Positions 39,433 to 46,702 of a DNA stretch of 64,000 nucleotides are shown in pieces. Position 1 is the first letter of the stretch. The number at the start of each line of letters is the position of its first letter. Below the pieces are notes generated by a model. The model did not search any database, was not told the DNA's origin, and saw only the letters and a list, made by a program, of their open reading frames with translations. Source of the stretch: Deltaproteobacteria bacterium. GTDB lineage: Bacteria; Myxococcota_A; UBA796; SXON01. The position numbers and the translations under genes are program-made. The stretch lies in assembly GCA_947484175.1 (NCBI GenBank), contig CANKOI010000006.1, positions 6,641-70,640 of the forward strand, given 5' to 3'.

Positions 39433-40830
39433 CTATGAGTCGCTGGAGGTGGATGTGCTGGGAAGCAGGGCTTCAAGCTGAGCTTGAGAGGCTTGGAGCT
39501 TGCCGAGCGCAATCTCCATCGCGATGAACTGCCTCCGAAGGCGGGCCTCGTAGGCGTCCATCCGTGCGTCGAATGCATCGATGTCGTCGTTGAGGAGCTC
39601 GATCTCGTCGTCGAGCGCCCCCATGCGGTTGGTGAGCATGCCACCGGTCTGCACGATCGCGCCGCTGGCGTCGACCGAGACCTCATCCTCGCTTGCGTAG
39701 AAGTCGATGAGCGCCTTCATGTCGTCGCCGAACGCCGCTGCATCCGTGGCGAACAGCGCCGCCACGTCGTCGCTGGCCTCGTCGAAGGCCTTCTCCATGG
39801 TGTCGTCGTCCACCTCAAGCGTACCGTCCTGCGCCGTCTTGATGCCGATCTCGGAGAGCGAATTGTACAGCGTGCCGCTGCTGTAGGCGGTTCCCACCAC
39901 AGTCTGCATGGCCTGCATAAGCGCCACCACCGTCCCCTCGCCCACGAACTCACCCTTGATCCCGGCATCGGCGTCGTAGGCCCGATGGGTGTTGATGAAG
40001 GTGCGGACGGTGTTGAAAGCCTCCACGAAGGTCTTGACGTTCGCCATGGCCGTGTCGACGTCGCCTGCTACCGTCACCGTCAACGCGGAGCTGGTGACGT
40101 CCTCCAGGGTGAACGTCACGCCGTGCACAACGCCGCCAACCTCGTTGTCGGCACTGGTGACGGCCACTCCGTTGACGGTGAGCTCAGCGTCCAGCGCGGT
40201 ACTCGTGGCCGTGAACGTCGGCACCGTGCCGGCGCCCGTGAGCCCGGAGGTGTCGAGCGAAAGAGAGTTCGTCGCACCCGTATCTTCACCGGCAATGACC
40301 AGCCGGTAGGGGGTTGCGGCATCCCCGGTGTCCATGATGTACGCGGTGACACCGTCAACGCTCTCGTTGATGAGGTCGGCCAAATCGGACAGCGAAGAGT
40401 TGGTGCTGTCGATTGTGAGTGTCGTCGTGACACCCGCGTAGGTGACGCCCAAGGTTCCCTCGGCGATCGTGCCCGTGGCAGTATCGCTAGCGAACCCGTC
40501 TGACACGCTGGTGGCGGACGCCGCGAGCTGCGAAACAGTGATGGAGTATCGGCCGGCCACCGCATCGCCGTCTACTTCGACGGTAACGCTGCCTTCGTCG
40601 GAGCTGCTCCCCGTGGAGGCGCGCAGCTCCGCGGAGGTATCGAGAGCCTCCAGTGCCGTGAGCATGTCGCTCATATGCGTGCGCAACGTTTCATACGCAT
40701 CGCGCCGCTCTTCCACATCCGCGACCTTGGCCTCCATGACGGCCTGAGGCGCTCTGGCGGCCGCGACCAAGCTGGTCACCATGCTGTCAGTATCGATGCC
40801 GCTGACGATGCCGCCTATGCTGATTGCCAT
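39433..40830 (-). CDS. fliD: flagellar filament cap protein FliD
   Basis: N-terminus MAISIGGIVSGIDTDSMVTSLVAAARAP; C-terminus RMDAYEARLRRQFIAMEIALGKLQASQ. Confidence 0.9.
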   Translation of the reverse strand: MAISIGGIVSGIDTDSMVTSLVAAARAPQAVMEAKVADVEERRDAYETLRTHMSDMLTALEALDTSAELRASTGSSSDEGSVTVEVDGDAVAGRYSITVSQLAASATSVSDGFASDTATGTIAEGTLGVTYAGVTTTLTIDSTNSSLSDLADLINESVDGVTAYIMDTGDAATPYRLVIAGEDTGATNSLSLDTSGLTGAGTVPTFTATSTALDAELTVNGVAVTSADNEVGGVVHGVTFTLEDVTSSALTVTVAGDVDTAMANVKTFVEAFNTVRTFINTHRAYDADAGIKGEFVGEGTVVALMQAMQTVVGTAYSSGTLYNSLSEIGIKTAQDGTLEVDDDTMEKAFDEASDDVAALFATDAAAFGDDMKALIDFYASEDEVSVDASGAIVQTGGMLTNRMGALDDEIELLNDDIDAFDARMDAYEARLRRQFIAMEIALGKLQASQAQLEALLPSTSTSSDS

Positions 40831-40857
40831 GCACGCCTCCCGAATGCGCGTGATCTC

Positions 40858-40884
40858 ACATCGGCCGCCCGGCGCCCGACTTTA
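40858..40884 (-). promoter_or_regulatory. sigma-28-type promoter TAAA-N15-GCCGATGT upstream of fliD
   Basis: The minus strand reads TCTAAAGTCGGGCGCCGGGCGGCCGATGTGAG...GGGAGGCGTGCATG. This is the best match to the TAAA-N15-GCCGATAA consensus in the window. Confidence 0.7.
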
Positions 40885-40908
40885 GACGAATCCTTCACAC
40901 GCGACCTT

Positions 40909-40948
40909 GAAAAATGGCGAGGACCGGGCACTACCGCCCCGGTCCTCG
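40909..40948 (-). terminator. intrinsic terminator after flagellin 1
   Basis: The 11-bp stem is CGAGGACCGGG/CCCGGTCCTCG with a 9-nt loop, followed by CCATTTTTC. Confidence 0.7.
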
Positions 40949-40958
40949 GCCCAAGGGC

Positions 40959-41792
40959 TCAGCTCTGCAGGAGCTGCACGACCGACTGGCCGAGATTCTT
41001 CGCCTGTGCGAGCACCGCCACTCCGGCCTGTTGCATGATTTGATACTTGGCGAGGTCCGCCGTTTCCTCCCCGAAGTCAGCATCCCGGATCTGGCTCTCA
41101 GCGGCCTTGGTGTTCTCTGCGAACACCTCAATGTTGTTCAGCGCGCTGCCCAACCGGTTCTCTGCGGCACCCAACTTTGAGCGATAGGAATTGACGGTGT
41201 CGAGCGCGGCATCCACGAAGGCGAGCGCCGCGGTCGCGCCGGCCGCCGTGCTGAGGTCAATGGTAACCGAATCGACAGCAAGCGTAGTGGAGCGAAGGTC
41301 ACCGAGATCGATGCCGACCTGATCGTTCACCGTGGCACCAATACCCACCTGCACGTTCATCAAGGTGTCCGAGCCGTCCGACAATTTCATGCCATTAAAC
41401 TCAGTGACATTTGCGATGCGGTCCACTTCGGCGGAAATCGCGAGGAACTCGTCCTGGATGTACGCACGTTCGGCGGTGCCGAGCGTCTCCGAAGCGCTTT
41501 GAACCGCCAGCTCTCGGATTCGGCCGATGATGGAGGCGACCTCCGTACTCGCGCTCTCCGCGACCGTCACGACACTGATGCCGTCTCCGATGTTGCGCTG
41601 CGCAACTCGTGAGGAGTCGTAGGAAACCTTCAGACTCTCTGCCACACCGAGGCCCGCCGCGTCGTCTGCGGCGCGCACGATGCGGAGTCCCGAAGAAATC
41701 CGCTGAAAGGACTTGGAAAGACTCCGGCCCGTTTGGCCGAGTTTGGTGATCGCCGAATTGGCGGCCGTGTTGGTGTTGACCCTGATTGCCAT
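40959..41792 (-). CDS. fliC: flagellin (277 aa, D0/D1 only)
   Basis: Starts MAIRVNTNTAANSA...ISSGLRIVRAADDAAGL and ends QIMQQAGVAVLAQAKNLGQSVVQLLQS. Confidence 0.95.
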   Translation of the reverse strand: MAIRVNTNTAANSAITKLGQTGRSLSKSFQRISSGLRIVRAADDAAGLGVAESLKVSYDSSRVAQRNIGDGISVVTVAESASTEVASIIGRIRELAVQSASETLGTAERAYIQDEFLAISAEVDRIANVTEFNGMKLSDGSDTLMNVQVGIGATVNDQVGIDLGDLRSTTLAVDSVTIDLSTAAGATAALAFVDAALDTVNSYRSKLGAAENRLGSALNNIEVFAENTKAAESQIRDADFGEETADLAKYQIMQQAGVAVLAQAKNLGQSVVQLLQS

Positions 41793-41826
41793 TCCTTACT
41801 CCTTCCGGGTGTTGCCCGACGGACAC

Positions 41827-41853
41827 GGTTCGGTAAGGAGTGGTGCGGCTTGA
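41827..41853 (-). promoter_or_regulatory. weaker sigma-28-type promoter TCAA-N15-ACCGAACC upstream of flagellin 1
   Basis: The minus strand reads GGCTCAAGCCGCACCACTCCTTACCGAACCGTG...GGAAGGAGTAAGGAATG. Confidence 0.4.
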
Positions 41854-41873
41854 GCCAACTGTGGCGGCTACGC

Positions 41874-41919
41874 AAAAAAAAGCGCAACACGGCACCCGGC
41901 CGTGAGGCCGGATGCCGTG
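41874..41919 (-). terminator. intrinsic terminator between the two flagellin genes
   Basis: The 14-bp stem CACGGCAUCCGGCC/GGCCGGGUGCCGUG has one G-U pair that forms only in the minus-strand RNA. The loop is UCAC, followed by UUGCGCUUUUUUUU. Confidence 0.85.
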
Positions 41920-41930
41920 CGCCCGGTCGA

Positions 41931-42761
41931 CTACTGCAGAAGTTGCAGTGCGCCCTGGTTCATGCTCTTCGCCTGCGCGAGAATCGCGGTACCAGCCTGC
42001 TGCAGGATCTGGTTTTTGCTCATCTCGGCGGTTTCGTAGCCGAAGTCGGCATCCCGAATGGCGCTTTCCGCCGCGAGGGTGTTCTCCGTGAAGCTCTCAA
42101 GGTTGTTGAGCGCTCCCAAGAGGCGGTTCTCCGCCGCACCGTAGTCCGAACGGTACGCACTGACGAGGTCAATGGCGATATCGATCAGGCCAATCGCGGT
42201 ACTCGCGAATGCAGCGGTGCTCAAGTCGACCGCGCCGGTGTCGACGCCCAAAGCCACCGACCCGAGGTCACCGAGGCTGATGGCCACCTGATCGTTGGCG
42301 GTGGCGTGAATGCCCACCTGTACACTGATCGAGGTGATCGTACCTTCGGTAAGCAACAATCCGTTGAATTCGGTCACTTCCGCGATGCGGTCGATTTCTC
42401 CGGAGAGCGCCACGAACTCGTCCTGTACGTAGGCGCGTTCGGCGGTGCCGAGCGTTTCCGAGGCGCTCTGCACAGCGAGTTCACGCATACGGCCAAGCAT
42501 GCTCGCGACTTCCGCCGAGGCGCCTTCTGCCACGGTGACCATCGAAATGCCGTCGCCGACATTCCTCTGAGCAACCTTGGCGGAGGCAGCAGCCACCCGG
42601 AGGTTCTCCGCGACGCCCAAGCCGGCGGCGTCATCGGCCGCCTTCGAGATGCGGAGTCCGCTGGAGATTCTTGCGAAGGAGCCGGAAAGCGCGCGAGCCG
42701 ACTTGTTAAGTTCGGACATCGCTCGATTTGCGGCTGTATTGGTGTTAACGGTCAGGGCCAT
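41931..42761 (-). CDS. fliC: flagellin (276 aa, D0/D1 only)
   Basis: Starts MALTVNTNTAANRA...ISSGLRISKAADDAAGL and ends QILQQAGTAILAQAKSMNQGALQLLQ. Confidence 0.95.
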   Translation of the reverse strand: MALTVNTNTAANRAMSELNKSARALSGSFARISSGLRISKAADDAAGLGVAENLRVAAASAKVAQRNVGDGISMVTVAEGASAEVASMLGRMRELAVQSASETLGTAERAYVQDEFVALSGEIDRIAEVTEFNGLLLTEGTITSISVQVGIHATANDQVAISLGDLGSVALGVDTGAVDLSTAAFASTAIGLIDIAIDLVSAYRSDYGAAENRLLGALNNLESFTENTLAAESAIRDADFGYETAEMSKNQILQQAGTAILAQAKSMNQGALQLLQ

Positions 42762-42817
42762 GGTGTGTTTCTTCCTTTTGTGCGTAATGGGCGAGCGAAA
42801 TTGCTCACCCGGAAGGA

Positions 42818-42845
42818 CGATCGGCGCCCCCCCTCGACGACATTA
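42818..42845 (-). promoter_or_regulatory. sigma-28-type promoter TAAT-N16-GCCGATCG upstream of flagellin 2
   Basis: The minus strand reads GCCTAATGTCGTCGAGGGGGGGCGCCGATCGTCC, inside the only AT-rich patch of this intergenic region. Confidence 0.5.
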
Positions 42846-42926
42846 GGCTTTTTTTACCACCGGCCAAAAAATCGTAAAGCCCCTGCGGCCGGCCTGTGGG
42901 CCAGCGGCGACCAGGCGCTCGTTGTT

Positions 42927-43799
42927 TCAGATCAGATCAAACAGGCTTTCCCCTTTCCCCGATGCCGCCACCTGAAGGGCGCTCGAGTAGGCGTTCCGAA
43001 GCTCCGACAGCTTCATGTAGGTGGCAGCCGGGTCGGCCTGCACCATCTCATCCATCCGTGTGCCCAGCTCGCTGCGGAGCGAAGCGGCGAGCGCGGTCGC
43101 GTCGTCCGCGACGTTGGCGGAAGCGCCTACCTCCGCGCGCGAGAACATCACCTGCCCGAGCGAGGTGTCGATGTCCGCGAGGGAGGCCTCAATGGCAGCC
43201 GTGTTGTCGGCGTTCAGCGCGGTTGCGAGCCCATCGAGCACCGCCAAAACGTCCGCGCCCCCTTGGAATACCGACGAGCCATCGAGGGAGCTCGTCACCC
43301 AGGTGTTGGCGCCCACGCGCGTGCGAGGCTCGTCGGTGCTCCCCATGTAGGTGCCCGCGGCGTCGAAGGGCTCGGTGTCCCACGCATTGCCGGAGAAGAG
43401 GTAGCGCCCGGCGAGGTTGCTGTTGGCGGACTGAAGCACCGTGGCCCGCAGCGCCTCCACCTCCAACGCAACATACGTGCGCTGTTCGGCGCTCATGAGG
43501 TCGCCCGAGGACTGCACCACTAGCTCCCGCGCGCGAGAGAGAGCATCGTGAACGTGGCCGAGCTCGCTGTCCATCTGATTGAGCCGAGCCAGCGACTGGC
43601 CACCGTTCTGCTCGTAGACGTCTTGATCCATCGTGGCGGCGTGCAGGCGGTCGATCTGCGAGAGCAGCGCAGGAGCGTCGGAAGGTCGGTTCACGGCGAG
43701 ACCGGTGATGGCCTGCTCCTCGACCTGACGCGTGCGCGTAGCATTCGCCGCGAGGTTTTGACGAACCAACTGCCACAGGCCTGCTTGAGTGACACGCAT
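42927..43799 (-). CDS. flgL: flagellar hook-filament junction protein FlgL
   Basis: Contains MRVTQAGL...GLAVNRPSDAP and a flagellin-like N-terminus. It follows flgK. Confidence 0.85.
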   Translation of the reverse strand: MRVTQAGLWQLVRQNLAANATRTRQVEEQAITGLAVNRPSDAPALLSQIDRLHAATMDQDVYEQNGGQSLARLNQMDSELGHVHDALSRARELVVQSSGDLMSAEQRTYVALEVEALRATVLQSANSNLAGRYLFSGNAWDTEPFDAAGTYMGSTDEPRTRVGANTWVTSSLDGSSVFQGGADVLAVLDGLATALNADNTAAIEASLADIDTSLGQVMFSRAEVGASANVADDATALAASLRSELGTRMDEMVQADPAATYMKLSELRNAYSSALQVAASGKGESLFDLI

Positions 43800-43801
43800 G
43801 C

Positions 43802-45187
43802 TCAGCCTCCCACCTGGAGAAGGGTACGAAGCAGCTCGTCGGCCGCGCTGAGCACCTTGGCCGAGGCCCGGTAGGCCGCCTGGTACTCAAGGAGATGCGT
43901 GGCCTCCTCGTCGGTGTTGACGCCAGAAATTCCCTCGCGGAGGATCTGGAGGTCGGAGAGCAGCGCCGACTGCGCGGTGCTGTCGCTGCCGGCCGCCGCC
44001 ACGGCGGTGCCGACGTCGCTGACGATCGCACTCGCCGCCGCGCGAGCCGTGCCCACCGGGAAGAGGGTGGTGTCATCCTCGAGCGCGAGGAGGGCTTCGA
44101 GGTTGCCGCTATCGCCCGGGAGCGCGGTGGCTGCCGAGGCGAAGGCGAGAAGGGATGAGTCGGCAGCAATGGTGGCGTTCACGGCCAAGCCCAGCGCCGA
44201 GCCCGGGGCGGTGCCGCCCACATCGAACAACGGGAGCCCCGCCACGCCAGCGCTGTCGAAGCCCGCTGCGTGCTGGGTGTTGAAGGCGTTGGCCACCGTG
44301 AAGGCGAAGGTGTCGAGATCGGTGGCCCAGCCGTCGATCCGCGCCCGCGCCGCCACCAGACCGCCCACGGAGCCGCCTACCTCTGAGGTGATGTCGAACG
44401 TGCCATCGTCCATGCTCACCTGCACCGCGGGGTCGCCCGCGGCGTCGGTGCCGAGCGAGAGCGGCCGGAAATCCCCGCGCCCCACCACGCCATGACCCGC
44501 CACGAACACCACAGCCTGCCCGTTCGCCTTCAGCTGAACTGTGGCTCCCACTTGTTCGGCGAGCTGAGTGAGGAGGTAGTCGCGACGGTCGAGCAGGTCG
44601 CCTGGACCCTCCTCGGCCCCCAAGTTGCCGATCGCGGCGTTGAGCTGCGCGACCTCCGCGAGCGTAGCGTTGACGGTGTCGAGCTCGGCCGCCAGCTCGT
44701 CCTCGGCGCCGGTCAGCCCGTCGGCGAGCCCCCCTGCGATGCGCGAAACGGTGCTGGCGAAGGTGGTCATCGCATACACGGCGGCGCCGCGCTGCGCGGG
44801 GTCGCTGGGGTCGACGGTCGCACTAGCCAACGCGTCGAACACCAAGTCCAGAGACTCCCCGAGCCCGGTGGTGTTCGTGGCGTCGAACAGACCCTCGACA
44901 CCGCTGAGCTGCCTCGAAAGGGTACTCGCCTCACTGGAGGTGCCCGCGGCCTCTACGAGCCGAACGCCGAGCAAGCGGTCGATGGCTCGTGTCACGCCGG
45001 CCGCTTTGGCGCCCTGCCCAACGAACAGCGCGCCCTGCTGCACCGGCGGCAACTGTTCCACCCGCAACGTGCGGCGGCTGTACCCTGGCGTCTGCGCCCC
45101 GGTGACGTTCTGAGCCGTGACGTCGATGCCTGCCGAAGCGACGGCCAAGCCGCGCGCCCCGACGCTCAACGTACCGAAGAGGCTCAA
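43802..45187 (-). CDS. flgK: flagellar hook-associated protein FlgK
   Basis: Starts MSLFGTLSVGARGLAVASAGIDVTAQNVTGAQTPGYSRR; the C-terminus reads LLEYQAAYRASAKVLSAADELL. Confidence 0.9.
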   Translation of the reverse strand: MSLFGTLSVGARGLAVASAGIDVTAQNVTGAQTPGYSRRTLRVEQLPPVQQGALFVGQGAKAAGVTRAIDRLLGVRLVEAAGTSSEASTLSRQLSGVEGLFDATNTTGLGESLDLVFDALASATVDPSDPAQRGAAVYAMTTFASTVSRIAGGLADGLTGAEDELAAELDTVNATLAEVAQLNAAIGNLGAEEGPGDLLDRRDYLLTQLAEQVGATVQLKANGQAVVFVAGHGVVGRGDFRPLSLGTDAAGDPAVQVSMDDGTFDITSEVGGSVGGLVAARARIDGWATDLDTFAFTVANAFNTQHAAGFDSAGVAGLPLFDVGGTAPGSALGLAVNATIAADSSLLAFASAATALPGDSGNLEALLALEDDTTLFPVGTARAAASAIVSDVGTAVAAAGSDSTAQSALLSDLQILREGISGVNTDEEATHLLEYQAAYRASAKVLSAADELLRTLLQVGG

Positions 45188-45516
45188 GAGGCTCTCCGCA
45201 GCACCGCGTGGCGGCTGTAGGTCGAAGGCCCTTGGTCGGGCGCCAACGAGGCGATCGCCTCCAACACACTGTCCCCGCAGGCGCGAATGCGAACGTCGAA
45301 GGACCGAATCATCGCGGCTACCCGCGCGATCTCCTCGCGACGCCCAGACTCCAGCTTCAAGAGCACTTCAACGTCGAGCGCCTCCTGAAGGCTACGCCGC
45401 GTTTCCGTGGCGGCCACGAGTGAAGCCGCGTTGGCGGTGCGGGCTGCCTGGAGCTGATGCTCCACTGCCGCGAGCAACCGCCTTAGGGCGAGCTCGGCGT
45501 CGTCCGCCGTGTCCAT
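45184..45516 (-). CDS. flgN: FlgN-like export chaperone
   Basis: 110 aa, helical, positioned between flgM and flgK. Its stop overlaps the flgK ATG. The call rests mainly on position and size. Confidence 0.55.
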   Translation of the reverse strand: MDTADDAELALRRLLAAVEHQLQAARTANAASLVAATETRRSLQEALDVEVLLKLESGRREEIARVAAMIRSFDVRIRACGDSVLEAIASLAPDQGPSTYSRHAVLRRAS

Positions 45517-45517
45517 C

Positions 45518-45823
45518 TCAGAGGTCGGCCATGAGCGCGCCTACGGCGGCGTTCATGTCGGTTTCGTTGCCGAGCGTGCCGGCAGCGATGTCTGCACGGG
45601 CGGCGGCGACGCGGTCGGCCCGCACCTCGCCGAAGGGGTGGTTGCGGGTAGACTCTTGCAGACGAGAGAGAAAGCCACTCTTCTCCACGCTTGCCGCCGG
45701 CGTCGCCGAGGGCGTGGCCGAGGGGGTGTTGGTGGAGCCGCCGATTTCGGCCGGAGCTGCACTACGGATACGACCGTAAGTGATGGGGCTCGGCGTTGCG
45801 ACTGAGGGTGCAGAAACTTTCAC
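45518..45823 (-). CDS. flgM: anti-sigma-28 factor FlgM
   Basis: The C-terminus VRADRVAAARADIAAGTLGNETDMNAAVGALMADL follows a disordered Ser/Thr/Pro-rich N-terminal region. I prefer the GTG at 45823, which is preceded by GAAGGAGG. The track start at 45856 lies inside the predicted promoter. Confidence 0.75.
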   Translation of the reverse strand: MKVSAPSVATPSPITYGRIRSAAPAEIGGSTNTPSATPSATPAASVEKSGFLSRLQESTRNHPFGEVRADRVAAARADIAAGTLGNETDMNAAVGALMADL

Positions 45824-45841
45824 GGATGCCTCCTTCGTTCC

Positions 45842-45868
45842 GATTCGGACAGCCACTCCCGAACTTTA
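45842..45868 (-). promoter_or_regulatory. sigma-28-type promoter TAAA-N15-TCCGAATC upstream of flgM
   Basis: The minus strand reads GGCCTAAAGTTCGGGAGTGGCTGTCCGAATCGGAACGAAGGAGGCATCCGTG. Confidence 0.55.
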
Positions 45869-45883
45869 GGCCCTTTCGCAGAT

Positions 45884-46660
45884 TCAACGATCTTTTTCGC
45901 CAATCGGTCGGAGCCCGCCCCAACTAGCGGGGTCCAACGCCGCTCCATTACGACGCACTTCAAAGTGAAGATGGGGCCCGGTGCTTCGGCCCGTGCTGCC
46001 CACCGTGGCGATCGTCTGGCCCGCCTCGACCACGTCGCCGGCCCGGACCCCGAGGTCTCGGCAATGGGCGTACCGTGTCTCGGCGCCGTCGGGATGGGTG
46101 ACGATCACCACGTTCCCGTAGCTGCCTCGGGCGCCCGAAAATCGCACCACGCCCGCGGCCGCGGCCCGGATGGGCGTGCCGGCAGGAGCGCCGTAGTCCA
46201 CCCCCCGATGAGCCTTCGCTTCGCCGGTGAACGGGTCCTTCCGGGCCCCGAACGCACTGGTCACCCGCACGGCCTCTCCCACGGCCTCTCCCACCGCATG
46301 GCCCGCGGCCGATCCCGCCGCCCTAGCCTTCGCCACGGGGGCCGACGCCGAAGCCTGGGCCGTCTCGCCCCCAGCCGCGAGCCGGCGAGCCTGCAGCGAC
46401 CCGATGAGCTGCGCCTGCAAACCGAATCCACCGGTCTCCGCCACGCGCTCGCCCACTTCCTGGTCGAAGAGCTCGGCGAAGGTGCCCATCGCCCCCTCCG
46501 ACCACGGCCCCTCCTTCACCGTTTCGCGCATCTGCTTCGAGAGCAGCGCCACCATCCATGCTTCAAACTTCCTCGCAGCCGCCTCGTCGGCATCGGCCAC
46601 GTTCCCGTCAGGACCCGTGAGCGCCGCCAGCGAAGAAAGGGAGGAGACGGGGTTCACCAC
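45884..46660 (-). CDS. flgJ: FlgJ-like protein: rod-binding domain fused to an M23 peptidase domain
   Basis: The N-terminal FEAWMVALLSKQMRET...FAELFDQEVGERVAETGGFGLQ is rod-binding-like. The C-terminal HRGVDYGAPAGTPIRAAAAGVV...STGPHLHFEV is an M23 domain. Confidence 0.8.
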   Translation of the reverse strand: MVNPVSSLSSLAALTGPDGNVADADEAAARKFEAWMVALLSKQMRETVKEGPWSEGAMGTFAELFDQEVGERVAETGGFGLQAQLIGSLQARRLAAGGETAQASASAPVAKARAAGSAAGHAVGEAVGEAVRVTSAFGARKDPFTGEAKAHRGVDYGAPAGTPIRAAAAGVVRFSGARGSYGNVVIVTHPDGAETRYAHCRDLGVRAGDVVEAGQTIATVGSTGRSTGPHLHFEVRRNGAALDPASWGGLRPIGEKDR

Positions 46661-46664
46661 GCCG

Positions 46665-46691
46665 CCTTCGGTCAGGCACCGGAAAACTTTA
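46665..46691 (-). promoter_or_regulatory. sigma-28-type promoter TAAAGTTT-N11-ACCGAAGG upstream of flgJ
   Basis: The minus strand reads GCGCCTAAAGTTTTCCGGTGCCTGACCGAAGGCGGCGTG. The -35 box matches the 8-nt enteric consensus, and the -10 box ends 4 nt before the annotated GTG. Confidence 0.5.
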
Positions 46692-46702
46692 GGCGCAGAG
46701 GC

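Noticed and set aside
42846-42926. Possible intrinsic terminator after flgL (GC-rich GGCCGGCC-centred segment followed by a T-run)
   Set aside because: I could not draw a convincing uninterrupted stem. The T- and A-runs pair only as a weak AT-only hairpin and overlap the AT-rich promoter region of flagellin 2. I left it uncalled.
41733-43523. 596-aa plus-strand ORF across the flagellin and flgL genes; other long antisense ORFs include 17056..18594, 19552..20895, 30530..31612, 55044..56402 and 56454..57923
   Set aside because: All are antisense to genes with strong family signatures, and their translations are low-complexity.
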